NCBI GenBank assembly: GCA_026936335.1
Contig: JAPMXV010000006.1
Location: 62,001 to 126,000 of the forward strand
From: Mantamonas sphyraenae STR306
Taxonomy: Eukaryota; Protista; CRuMs
Length of the DNA stretch: 64,000 nucleotides
Direction: 5' to 3'
Shown here: positions 15,001-26,314 of the stretch, piece by piece
Layout of the letters: each line of letters starts with the position of its first letter
Numbering within the stretch: the stretch's first letter is position 1
Translations under genes and position numbers: made by a program
The notes under the pieces: generated by a model
Told to the model about the DNA's origin: nothing
Database searches by the model: none
What the model saw: only the letters and a program-made list of their open reading frames with translations

Positions 15001-17075
15001 AGGAGATGAAGGAGATGGAGAAGCAGTTCAAGGAGGAGGAAGAGCGCGAACGTGCGCAAGCGGCAGACAGGGAGGCGCAGTTGGAGCGTACGCGTCTGCG
15101 CATGGCAGAGGAGGCGGAACGTCGCCGCAAGGAGCAGGAGGAAAAGATGGGCGACGTGACGGAGGAGCAGCGACGCGAGCTGATGGAGCGCTTCAACCAG
15201 GAGATGGAGGAGGCGATGAACCAGGCGCAGACGGAAAAGACACGTCAGCAACTGGAGATTCAGCGTCGCGTTGCAGAGCGCCGTGCACGCAAGCGCAAGA
15301 AGAAGGAGCGGGAGCTGGCACAGAAGCAGTCGCAGCTGGAGAAGGAGAACGCAGAGAAGCTGTCGGAGATGGAGCAAGCGGCTGTGAAGGACCAGCTGGA
15401 GAAGGAGGCGGAGTTGCAACGCAAGAAGGAGCAGGCGTCTGCGAAGCTGGCGGAGGAAAAGGAAGCGAAGGAGAAGAAGGAAAAGATGCGACGTGCGGCT
15501 GCGGCGACGATGGGCAAGGGCCCGAACGCGGGCGGACCGGTGAGCCCGACGAGCAGCGACGAACAAGGGTCGCTGCAGGGAACGGTTGTTGCGTCGCCGA
15601 TGGCAAGCGGTGGAGGCATGGGCAGCAGCAGCGGAAGCGGCATGGGTGGCGGAAGCGGTACAATGACTGCACAGACGGTGCAGGTTGTGCGGGGTGGAGC
15701 GATGTCGTCTGATCAGCCGATGGTTGCGATGCCTGCGTCGATGGCGATGATGGCCGGAAGCGAGGAGCAGCTGTTTGCAATGCTGAAGCAGAGCCCGCTG
15801 TACCGCAAGATGGAGCAGATTGAGGGTATTCTTCGCAGCGCAGGGATGGGTGCGCAGGGAAGCGAGCAGGAGAGCACGGTGGAGGCGTACAAGGGCAACG
15901 AGGGAGCGCTGCATCCGCTGAACGCGGAGGCGATGAGCGCGAGGCAGTTTGTGGTGTACCGCTTTGGCGAGTATGTGATGGAACTGCTGTCGCAGCACGC
16001 GGGCATGTTGCCTGTGGATGTGCTTGTTGCGTCTGCGCTGCCTGCGAACAACTACGCGAACAACGAGTTCCGCTCCGTGATCTTCTTTGACGAGGGAGCG
16101 CGTGTGCTGTACATCCGCGAGAAGTGCCTGGAGAACGTGGGCGAGTACCTGCTGATCCTGACGCACTCGCTGGCACATATTGTGACGTACAGCGGATTCG
16201 ACGACAACAACAGCGAGTTCCGCAAGCAATTCCATGCGGCGCTCAAGGTGATCCTGACGGAGTTCTTTGTGTCGCGCTCGAAGAAATCGATGATTTCGAC
16301 GGGCAACAAGAGCGGCAACGACCCGATCGAGGAGGTGTTTTCGATGGGTGTGGAGAGCGGATCGTCGCGTCTGGCCATTGCCGAGTCGCTGGTGAACGTC
16401 AAGGTGAGCGGAAGCGGACAAGACGACGGCCACTTCAGCAAGGAAAAGCTGGAGGAGAGGATGTCGATGTACGCCGAGTTCAAGCGCAGCAAGAAGCTGC
16501 GAGACTACCTGATGGAGATCGAGGGCAAGATTGCCGAGGGCGAAGCTGCGGACAACACGTTTGTGGACAAGCGCTGGATGGAGCTGAGCAGCGACGCGGA
16601 AAAGGCAGAGGAGGCGGAGTCGCGACGTGCGCGTGAGAAGAAGCGCGAGGAAGAGGCGGCAGTGGAGGCAGTGGAGGCGGCGTCGTCGTCGAGCAGCGGT
16701 TCCGTGGACCAGGACAAGCGTGCGCTTGCGATCCAGTCGCTGGAGAACAAGCTGGAAGAGGTGGAGAACAAGCTGGATGCGCTGAACGCAAAGGATCTGC
16801 AGATGCGCATGAAGCAGAAGAACCTTGTGTCGGAACTGCGCACGTCGCAACCCGCAGTGCAGGCGATCCAGGCCGAGCTGAAGACGATGCAGCCTGGTTC
16901 GGACGAGTACGAGGCGATGAAGCTGGAGCTGAAGAAGCAGGCGATGAAGCTGCAGAAGCTGAAGCAGGTGGTGGAGAAGATCCAGGTGGGCTTGAAGCAG
17001 AACAGTGGCAACATTGAGAAGCTGAAGGAGATGCAGCAGAAGATCAAAGAGCGTTTGGCACCTCTGCGCGCGTGA
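1..17075 (+). CDS. Giant type-I membrane protein (5' partial): long Cys-rich GCC2/GCC3 (ephrin-receptor-like) repeat ectodomain, one TM helix, cytoplasmic DPxSG repeats, very long E/K/R/Q coiled coil and a globular C-terminal domain; broken by an apparent 1-nt frameshift at ~10916-10918
   Basis: Frame 1 is open from base 1 (PNGFTQSSCVGGYY...) to 10929 with dozens of CPxGxYCPxG repeats. RRLL motif at 7939-7950, hydrophobic TM WVLVGLILAALALVVVSVIVGMHYF at ~8353-8427. ORF 10920-17075 overlaps in the -1 frame; adding one A to gtggaaacgtg gives MVVENVPVKQMNE and joins both. Confidence 0.8.
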
Positions 17076-17186
17076 GGATGGTGGAAGTGAAGTGAGATGA
17101 GGAACAGGAAAGGAGGACAATGGAGGGAAAATAGCCTGATAGCCTGTTTTTGTTGATGTGTTGTGTTGGTCGGGCAGGGAGCCAGC

Positions 17187-17831
17187 TCAGAGAAAGACGG
17201 GCTGCTTCTTGGGCTTCTTCTTCTTCTTGGTGCCACCAGACGAGGACGATGATGAAGAGGAGGAGGAGGAAGAAGAAGAGGAAGAGGAGGAAGAGGAGGA
17301 CGACGACTCTTCCTCCTCGGAGTAGCCGTACTCGCTGAGGTCGAGGGTCTCCTTGGGATGCTTGCTCTCAAAGTGCTCTTGGAGCTGCTTCAAGTTTGTG
17401 ACAGGCTTCTTGCAGATGCTGACGTGCGGATGGACGTGTATTATGCAGACATGTGCGGGCGTGTCAGTGGACGAGGCGAGGCGGAGTAGGGCTGTGAAGC
17501 GAAGGGGACAGGCGGTGGGAGAGGCATGCGTGGAATCGCGACCGGAGCGGTGCAGAGCCATGCGCAAGCAGGAGGGCCCTATGGAGACCCATGAGGGGGT
17601 TGATATGGCAATACGGAAGGTAGGTAGGAGGTGCAACGCGTGGAGAGAAAGGGAGCACGATGTGGAGAAGGCGGGCGGGAGGAGCAACGCGAGGGCGGGG
17701 CTGCTCACTCACCTGCAACTCTGTTTGAGAGCCTTTGTGCGATCAGCAAACTGGGACTTTGCTTCCTTGTTCTGCGAAGCCTTCTTGAGGGCCTTTTGAC
17801 GGCTCTGCTCCTTCTGCGCTCCACGGGCCAT
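17187..17831 (-). CDS. Small ZNF706/At2g23090-like C2H2 zinc-binding protein with poly-Ser/Lys tail; exons 17831-17713 and 17418-17187
   Basis: MARGAQKEQSRQKALKK N-terminus. A GT-AG intron at 17712-17419 (gtgagt...cag) joins KQSC-S-ICKK...HFESKHPK, giving CxxC...HxxxxH. Confidence 0.85.
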
Positions 17832-18511
17832 GGTTTGGGGGTTGGACGCGCGGGTGCGTCGGCCGAGCCAGCCGAACAGCAACAACAAAGCAAAGAAGGA
17901 TGTATGTTGATAGCGATGGGAAGGAGCGGATGGAATGTGTATGGAGATGTGCATGAGTGCGTGTGCACGTGTCCTGCGAGCGTGGGAGCGCGTGTGTGCG
18001 AGGGCGTGCACGAAAGAGCACGCTCGCGCGACACGCATGCGCGCAGCACCGCGTTCACCACGAGGACGGCTTGCATGGGAGAGACAACCACGTGGGACGC
18101 ATTGCACATGCACACACACACACACATGCATGCATGCATGGACGTGACACGCCCCGTGGACGCGGCAGCTGCGTGTGCGGGCTGAAGCGAGCCGCATGCG
18201 AAAAATCCAGACGAAGCGCAGCTCCACGGACACACGCCGCCGACGACAAAGAAGGCCATGTGGAAGGGGAGCCACGTCATAGATGTGCAAGTGCGGGGAT
18301 GCACGAGGCCGTTGTGTGGTGTGTGTGCTTGCTGCAGTGTGCTGGGACGCGTGTAGGGAACTGGGAGGCGGAGAGGCTTTTTTCGCATGCGGCCCTCTGG
18401 GGTTTTTTCGCGGGGAGTGGAAAGCGTGCGAGAACACAGGGAGGAGAGGTGTGAGCAGACAATAGGCATGGGCACTGACAAGAAGGAACGTGAACGCATG
18501 GACACGCGCAG

Positions 18512-19715
18512 GTCGCATCGCAAGTTTGAAGCACCCCGCCGAGGATCGCTGGGATTCCTGCCGCGCAAGCGCGCCGCTCGCCACCGAGGCAAGATCAAGC
18601 GCTTCCCGAAGGACAACAAGGATGCGCCCGTGCACCTCACTGGCTTCGCTGGCTACAAGGCAGGCATGACGCACATTGTGCGCGACCTGGACAAGCCCGG
18701 CAGCAAGATGCACAAGAAGGAGGTCGTGGAGGCTGTGACGATCATCGAGACGCCGCCGATGGTTGTGGTCGGCGCAGTTGGCTACGTCAACACGCCGCGC
18801 GGTCTGCGTGCCCTGACCACTGTGTGGGCCCAGAAGCTGCAGCCTCAGGTGCTGCGCCGCTTCTACAAGAACTGGTACAAGAGCAAGAAGAAGGCTTTCA
18901 CCAAGTACGCCTCCAAGTGGACCGAGACCGAGGGCAAGCGCCCGATCGACCGCGACTTTGAGCGTATCGCCAAGTACTGCGCCGTGCTGCGCGTGCTGGT
19001 GCACACTCAGGTGCGCAAGACCAGCGTGGGCCAGAAGAAGGCTCACCTGATGGAGATCCAGCTGAACGGCGGCACCATGGAGGACAAGGTGCAGTGGGTC
19101 AAGGACAACCTCGAGCAGGAGGTGCCTGTGGACGCCGTGTTTGCCAACAACGAGATGATCGACGTCATCGGCGTGAGCAAGGGTAAGGGTATTGAGGGCG
19201 TGACGACGCGTTGGGGAACCACGCGCCTGCCGCGCAAGACCCACAAGGGTCTGCGCAAGGTCGCCTGTATCGGTGCCTGGCACCCGGCCCGTGTGTCGTA
19301 CTCGGTGGCCCGTGCCGGTCAGTACGGATACTACCATCGCACGGAGCTCAACAAGAAGATCTACAAGATCGGAGCTCCGTCTCGCGACGCCGAGGGCAAC
19401 ATCACCCGCAACAACGCCACCACCGACTTTGACATCACCCCCAAGGGCATCACCCCCATGGGTGGCTTTGTCGGCTATGGTGACGTCCTGGAGGCCTACG
19501 TCATGGTCAAGGGCTGCGTGATCGGCCCCAAGAAGCGTGTCCTGACTCTGCGCAAGACTCTGCTGACCCAGACCAGCCGCAACGCCAAGGAGGAGATCTC
19601 CCTCAAGTGGATCGACACCTCGTCCAAGTTTGGCCACGGTGGGTTCCAGACTGCCACTGAGAAGCTGCAGTTTGAGGGCGTGCGCAAGAAGCACCGCGCC
19701 GACGACGACGAGTAA
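18512..19715 (+). CDS. RPL3: 60S ribosomal protein L3 (uL3); main exon, with the start codon probably completed by an upstream micro-exon
   Basis: [21 protein letters not shown]...[11 protein letters not shown]...[10 protein letters not shown] is the unmistakable uL3 sequence. Branch-like CTGAC at 18475 and acceptor cag at 18509-18511 precede G-TCG-CAT. Confidence 0.97.
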
Positions 19716-19792
19716 ATGTAAACCCACTTTGCTTGTGGAGTGGACAAAACGATGATTGATGGAGGTGAAGGGTTGGTGAACAGGGTGTTGAT

Positions 19793-20591
19793 TCAACCGA
19801 ATTGAACGTCGTTGTCCACGCCATCCAGAACGAGGTTGGATGACAAGCCGTGGAGGACAGACACGACACGTGCGACGTCTTGAAACATGGCCTTGGCTTT
19901 GTAGAGGGCGCGTGCGTCTTGCCATCGGCCTTCGCTTTCAAGCCACATTCCTAGCTGGGCAGCCTGGGCCTCGTCGAGGTCTTCGGGCTGTGCGTGGAGG
20001 AGAGACTGGAGGTCGTCTGCGTGGAAGTGCATGGTCTGAGCAAGGTCGCCGATTTGGTTCTGTTCAGCCATGACGTCTGCGTCGATGTGCAGCTGAGCAA
20101 CCTCGGCCACCACGCGCTGTTGGCAGCGTACCGCCCAGTGGTACACCATTTCGTACATGTGGGAGCCTCCGACACGTGCCGCAACAGCTAGGGCAGCCTC
20201 AAAGTTGTGCAGGCGCAGCAGGGTGACGAAAAACTTGTGGTAAAGGTCGCGCAACGAGTCTGCGTACACAGTGCCCATGAGGGGCTTCCAGAACCAATCA
20301 AACACGGCAGTGGCGTCGGCAACCATGTCCGGACTCTGCCATCGGAACAGACGGTTGACCATGAGGCTGACGCAGTCGAACAGTTCATGGCTTTGCCGCC
20401 TTGCGTTGAGACTCTGTGCCAGGGTGTAGGCTTCCGCAAACTGGCCACTGCTCAGGCGATAATTTACAAGCTCCGGAATGCCCAGGAGTCCACGGCTGTG
20501 GGTGCCGAGTTCGAGGCGGAGGACCACAATGGGACCGCGGTCGAGGATGAGCACGAGGTTGTCGGCGGCGTATGCAGGATTCGAAGAAGAG

Positions 20592-20629
<38 letters not shown>

Positions 20630-22297
20630 AGAGGCATATGCAGCGCTGACGGACGAGGTGTTGCGATACAGAGAGTGCATCCACTGCTGCTGCCAAGGGT
20701 AGAGGCCCTCGCCGTTGCAACTCCACTGGGCACACTCGATTCCGGCCATGTAGTTGAGGAGGTGCTGAAGATTGACGGACGGGGTGCTGGCCGAGGCGCC
20801 CAAGAGCTGCATGTCGAGGTGGAGGAGGGCAACGTCGTAGAACCAGAGTTGGGAGTTGGCAAAGCTGACGACAAAGATGTTGCCGCAGGGATGAAAGGAA
20901 ATGGTGCTTGTGCGCTGGCCATGCCACTTGGGCGCAGGCTCACGCTGCAGCAGGGTGTCGTTCCAGTAGTCGTAGAGAAAGAGTTGGCCGGCAAGGGTGC
21001 CGAGGACAACCTTGCTGTCGTTGGGGCTGCTTGCGCAGGTGCATACCTCGTGGTCAGTGTGAAACGAGGTGGACGAGAGGGTGTCCAGCTTGCCCTGGGA
21101 CCAATGAAGGACGGTGAGTTCGATGAGGTAGCACGGGCTCGATTGGGATTGGGATTGGGTGGTGGTGGCGGGCGAGCAGGTGACGACAAAAAGTCGGTCT
21201 GTGCTCTGGGTGTGGAACCAACTGTCGACAATGTACGCACCCTCGGCAGACACGAGTTGGCTCTTTGTGTTGTGGCTGAGCTGGAACCACAACTGGTCGC
21301 CTTCGGGCAGGAGGACGTCCAACAGGTGGAGCGACTGGCCGCTGTAGCCCACGAGATTGCGCATGTTGTTGCTGATGCGCAGCTGTACAAGGGGTTCGTC
21401 CAGCTCCATGCTGACGGTGTGATAGCCATTGGGAGACTTTTTCGAGGGCTGGGCAACGACGAGGTGAGCGTTGGCAAGGGCGAGAACGGCAAAGTCGTCA
21501 CGGAGCACCGCGGCGTGGCAGACAAGATCGTCGGCCACCTGAGTCTGAGAGATGCTTGCAATGTCGCTGCTGTCTTGCGTGAGGTGGAATTGGATGAGGG
21601 CTCCGTTGGTGAGGAGGGTCTGTGTGGTTAGGGTGCAGGAGTGAGCGACGAGATTGCCCCACACACACACACACACTTGTGCATCGACATGGAGAGCAGT
21701 GGGGCAACTCACCTGAAAGGTATTGTCGGGCATCCAACGCATGTCGACGGGTGGGTTGCTGAACAACAGCTCCTCGACCTTTTGCAGGGTCTTGCGCTGG
21801 TTGTCGCTTCGCTTGTCCGGCAGCTTGGTGAGTCTGCCCTGGGCTTTAAGCATGCGAGTCAGATAGTGGTCATACTTGCCGGCCTTGCGTTTGTCGTCAT
21901 GGTAGGTGCGGATCATGGATTTGGAGGCGGCGGAGGTGGCCGCAGAGTCGGAGGAGAAGGCTGAAGACGAACTCTTGGCCGCCTTTTGGCGCGAGAAGAC
22001 CACCATCTCGTAGAAGAGGTCTGGGACGGTGAGGTGGGCACTCGTGGTGCTGTTGAGCCATTGGGTACGCTTTGTGGTGGAGGAGGTTGTGTCTGAGGGG
22101 CCTTGACCTGTGCTTGAGCCGCTGGAGGTGGAGGTGGAGGTGCTGAGGTTGGAGCGCGCGGACAGATTGGAGGCAACGGTCGCGACGGCCCGCATGGAAC
22201 GGAGGAGGCCCTTTGTGCGTTTGCCCTGTGCAGAGTCGGGCAGACGCACCTGGACACGGCCTCCGTTTGGATTGAGGAGGATGGGAGTGGTGGACAT
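19793..22297 (-). CDS. WDPCP: WDPCP/Fritz (CPLANE ciliogenesis / planar cell polarity effector); probable in-frame 93-nt intron 21712-21620
   Basis: Motifs match Fritz: LQKVEELL, KVVLGT..GQLFLYD, ISFHPCGNIF...WFYDVAL...MQLL, RGPIVVLRLELGTHSRGLLG, FFVTLLRLHNFEAALAVA. Intron has gtgagt donor, ctaac branch and cag acceptor. Confidence 0.88.
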
Positions 22298-22480
22298 GGG
22301 TTTGGGCGAGGCAGTGCACGCAGCGGTGGACCCGGTCGTGGCGAGAGGGAGAATGAGGGGGGTAATCTGGCTGGTTGTGAGGGCTGATTAGACAGCTCAG
22401 CTGCCAGATGGGATGGTGGGCCGGGGGGGGGAGGGGAGGGGAGATGCGCTGGGTCTGCCAACCCTGGCGAAGCGCAGAGG

Positions 22481-23050
22481 ATGAGCAGCGGGGCAGGAGT
22501 GGCTCAAAGCGACGCCAAGAAGAGAGAGCTGAGGGCACAGCAAGAGCGCATCAAAGGCAACATGACAGCAGTAATGGAGAACTTTGCACGTCTGGTGGCC
22601 ATGCTAGAGGTAGGAGAGGGAGTGCGGAGAACGTCGAGGAGCGGGTGTGTGGTGGACGAGGGACATGCATTCTGACACAGTGTGTGTGTGTGCGTGTCAT
22701 GTATGGTGATCATACTCGGACGTGCTGGCTGGGTGGTCGTGGTTGGATCGCAGATTAAGGAGGACGAGAGTCAACACAGCGAGCGCATGGAGTTTGAGGT
22801 GCGTGCGAACGGCCTGGTGAGCTCATGCCAGGGTGTGCTGGACGTGATTGCGGAACTGAAGCAGGCGGCACTGCTGAGTGACCTGGATGCGATGGTGGGA
22901 GACATGGAACAGCTGGGCGTCGAGCTTCAGACACAAGAGGCGACGGTAGACCAGAGGTTGGAGGAGTTTCGCAAGGAGCTGGGCTGGGCGTTGCAGGCTT
23001 TGGAGATGGAAGTGCATGGAGACAACGACGGGGCATTGCGCACAAGGTGA
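22481..23050 (+). CDS. MED22: Mediator subunit 22 (Srb6); exons 22481-22609 and 22754-23050
   Basis: RIKGNMTAVMENFARLV...|IKEDESQ...EFEVRANGLVSSCQGVLDVIAELKQAALLSD matches the MED22 pattern. GT-AG intron 22610-22753. Confidence 0.8.
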
Positions 23051-23259
23051 GACAGTGTGAGCGCAGCAGGAGGAGAATGAGGCGGGGGGGGGAGGACGGG
23101 AAGGACGTGCACGACGCTGTGCAGTCCATACGAGCACGAAAATACAAGGTGTGTGTACATTTGGGGGTAGCATTGGAATGTGTGTGTTGCAGACGGGTGT
23201 GGGTGGAGTGCATGGGAGGGTGCGGGACGGTGGGACGGCACGGACCCACGCGTCACACC

Positions 23260-23793
23260 TCAGACGTTGTTGTTGTTGGCAGCAAAGGCGATCTGGATGA
23301 CCGTGACATTGACCTCGCGTGTCTGGCTGCCTGCCTTTGCTCTTCGTTCTTGGGTGATGCGAAAGTCGACGCGTGCGCCTGGAAGGGCGGTGTTGAGCTG
23401 TGGAAGGCGAGAGCGGACTTCGGCGGCCCATTTGTCACGGACAAGGGCGGCTACCCGGAACTGGGCAATGAAACCGACAACCAAGACAACGGCACCAGCA
23501 ATGAGTACGGCCGTGAGGGTGCTTGAGTCCGTGATGGCGAGGGCAGTGATCGCGAAAACCAAAAACAAAAGGACGAGGATGGCCTCGAAGAACCGTAGCA
23601 GGGGATTGACCACAAGGATGGCGTCGATGATTCCGTCAATGGCAGCATTAAGCTGGTCTGCTGTGGCGCCGCCGAGGTCGGATGGAGCCGTTTTGAAGCG
23701 GGGAAACGCAGGACGGGGCAGCATGGAGCGGCACTCGGCGATGTAGAGGTTGCCCTTCTTGGTGGGCTGTTGCGACGCAATGCGGTTGCCCAT
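23260..23793 (-). CDS. Erf4/Golgin-A7/CHIC-like two-TM protein, paralogue A (possible N-myristoylation, MGN)
   Basis: 177-aa ORF with F-x-R...P-x-DL...QLN, two hydrophobic helices, KW...LN and terminal beta strands; same layout as paralogues B-D. Confidence 0.6.
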   Translation of the reverse strand: MGNRIASQQPTKKGNLYIAECRSMLPRPAFPRFKTAPSDLGGATADQLNAAIDGIIDAILVVNPLLRFFEAILVLLFLVFAITALAITDSSTLTAVLIAGAVVLVVGFIAQFRVAALVRDKWAAEVRSRLPQLNTALPGARVDFRITQERRAKAGSQTREVNVTVIQIAFAANNNNV

Positions 23794-24008
23794 ATTGTAC
23801 TACAGGGCTAGGCGGGGGGGGGGATGAACGGGACGGTGATTGGGAGCGGAGAGGCCTTGTTTCGGATGGGCCGTAGGGAGCAGCTGAGCACGCATGGAGG
23901 CCATGGTTGGAAGGGTGCTGAGTGAATGGAGTGGGGTCGATGGTTGGGGACTGGAGGGATGGAGCAGAGGAGGGTGCGCTTAGGCAAACAACACAACGAG
24001 GCAGCAGG

Positions 24009-25202
24009 ATGGGAAACTCCAACTCGCAGGACCAGCGCGATCCCAACGAGCTGGAATGGGTGCACGACTACCCGCAAGAGTTTTGTTCGATGGGCAGCAG
24101 CCGGTTTCACCGGTGGGCAGTGGTTCCTGCGGATCTGGAGCCCGTAAGTGTTTGGGGGAAACGGGGGGAGGCCGGATGGAGTTTGGCAACCATGCCTACT
24201 TTTGGGTGCCCGTGCAAAAAGGGGCCCCCGCCGGCACGACAGTGGGCGGTGGACTGACGCTGATTTGGGATTTCGAGATAGTTGACGTTGGAGCAGCTGA
24301 ACGCGCCGTTGGCGGAGTGTGAGACGGCCATGAGCAACTCGCTGAGTGGGTTCCAGAAGCGAACGGGCGTGGCGGTTCTTGCCGCGGTGGGCCTGCTCAT
24401 CTTCTCCATCATCATCACCAACGTGATTGCAGCCCAAAGCGAATCGGGCCAGACGTCCGGGATCCCCACGGTCATCTCGTTTGTGGTTGTGTTTGTGGCG
24501 GTCATCGCCGTGTCGCAACAGCAGCGGCAGATCCCGGAGAAGTGGAAGGCGGCGTGTGATCCGATTGTCCAGACACACAACAACTCGCCTGCATATCGCA
24601 GTGTGTGCCTTCGCTTGCGCTACGAGAGCATGTTTGTTCGCACGCGCCGCAATGGAAAGAGCAACAGCCGTCTGGAGACAAGGGTTGTGTACACGATGAA
24701 CAAGCTGGAGCGCCAGTCGATGGGACAGGTGCAGCAACCTCCGCAGCCGCAGTATCCACAGGGGCAGCAACCTCAGCAGCAGCAGTATCAGCAGGGTCAG
24801 TACCCTCAGCAGCAGCAGTATCAGCAGCAGCAGTATCAGCAGCAGCAGCAGCCTGTCACCGATGACCCCTACGGCATTTATGCGCAGCAGAACCAGATGC
24901 AACAGCAGCAGTACCACCAGCAGCAGCAGTACCAGCAACAGCAGCAGTACCAGCAACAGCAGCAGTACCAGCAACAGCAGCAGTACCAGCAACAGGGCCA
25001 GTTTCAGCAGGGGCAGCCCATGGTGTACGGCCAACCTGTGCAGGGCCAGCCCGCACAGTATGGACAACAACCGTCGCAGCACTACCAGCAGACATACCAG
25101 CCGACGTACGAGTACAGTCCATCGGTGCCCTCTGCGCCGAATTTGTCTCCGGCCAGCAACAGCGGAAGCGGCAGCGGCAGCGATGCCCCTCCCGCGTACT
25201 GA
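24009..25202 (+). CDS. Erf4/CHIC-like two-TM protein, paralogue B, with Q/Y/P-rich low-complexity tail; exons 24009-24143 and 24282-25202
   Basis: MGNSNS start. Intron gtaagt...tag (24144-24281) joins RFHRWAVVPADLEP|LTLEQLNAPL in frame; QQQQY repeats follow. Confidence 0.75.
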
Positions 25203-25289
25203 TGAACGAATGGGAGATGGGTGATGTGGGACAGTGATGCCCCTCCCGCGTACTGATGAACGAATGGGAGATGGGTGATGTGGGACAGT
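25182..25289 (+). repeat. Perfect 54-bp tandem duplication spanning the stop codon and 3' UTR of paralogue B
   Basis: gatgcccctcccgcgtactgatgaacgaatgggagatgggtgatgtgggacagt occurs at 25182-25235 and 25236-25289. Confidence 0.95.
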
Positions 25290-25366
25290 GAATGCAATGG
25301 ATGATGACGAGAGGAGTCTCGGGTGATTGATCGTTTTGCGCGGGGGCTCCCCCAGGGAAAAAACAC

Positions 25367-26252
25367 ATGGCAACTGTGCTTGGGCCGAAAGTTTGGGAAA
25401 GGGTTTACCCGTTTGAGTACATGGTGCTCGGCAACAGCCAGTTTCCTCGATGGACGGTCGTCCCAGGGGAGCTGCAACCGGTTCGTGACGCTGTGGCGCT
25501 GAGCAGCCACGCTTGGCCAAATTTGGGTCTCCAAACTCACACACTGTCTTGCTGAACAACCACCACAGATGACTCTTCAGGAGCTGAACGAGCCCTTGAT
25601 CCAGTGTGAGCAGGCGATGAGTGCCAACATCAAACCCGGCCAGAAGTACGCCATGGTTTTCAACTATGTGATCACTTTCCTCGCGGTCATCGTCGTTGTG
25701 TCCCTCCCTCGAGACGGTTCAGATGAAGAGCGGTCCACCGTGTTCCTGGCCACGTTCTTGACCTTTCTCGGCCTTGGGATCATCAATTTGATGCTGGCCC
25801 TCTCCGTGCGCAACGTTCCAAACCAGTGGCGAAACGCGTGTGAAGCCGTCTGCATCAACCTCAGCAACTCGCCCTCGTTCCGCCAGGCTGGCCTCCAGCT
25901 GTCCTTTTCCAGCGAGTACTCTCGCTTCGGGTGTCGTCGAGGGATCCACACGTCGTTGTCGTTCATCCAGACCCAGCCGGCCCCTCAGCAGTTCTACGCA
26001 CAGCCGGTCTCTCAAGGATATGCACCATCCCAACCACAAGGGTATGCTCCATCCCAACCACAAGGGTATGCTCCACCCCAACCACAAGGGTATGCTCCAC
26101 AACAGCCGTACGCCCAACAACAACAGCCGTACGCCCAACAGCAACAGCCCTACGCCCAACAACAACAACAGCCCTACGCGTTCCAGAACTACGAGTACCA
26201 GTCCACCTCGCACTTCAACTCACCGACAGACAACAGCAACACCAAATTCTGA
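25367..26252 (+). CDS. Erf4/CHIC-like two-TM protein, paralogue C, with QPQGYAP / QQQPYA repeat tail; exons 25367-25480 and 25569-26252
   Basis: Intron gttcgt...cag (25481-25568) is at the same position as in paralogue B: SQFPRWTVVPGELQP|MTLQELNEPL. Confidence 0.75.
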
Positions 26253-26314
26253 TCGCAAAAATGAACCTGCACATGTCTCTTCAATGCCATCGACACCACA
26301 CCACCATCCTTCCA

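Noticed and set aside
1120-17120. Long antisense and alternative-frame ORFs over the giant gene (e.g. 6889-10662 -, 14496-17120 -)
   Set aside because: Shadow ORFs expected from high GC and codon bias; no recognisable motifs.
17709-19925. 738-aa minus-strand ORF
   Set aside because: Mostly antisense to RPL3; only its last ~40 codons are real (exon 1 of the zinc-finger gene).
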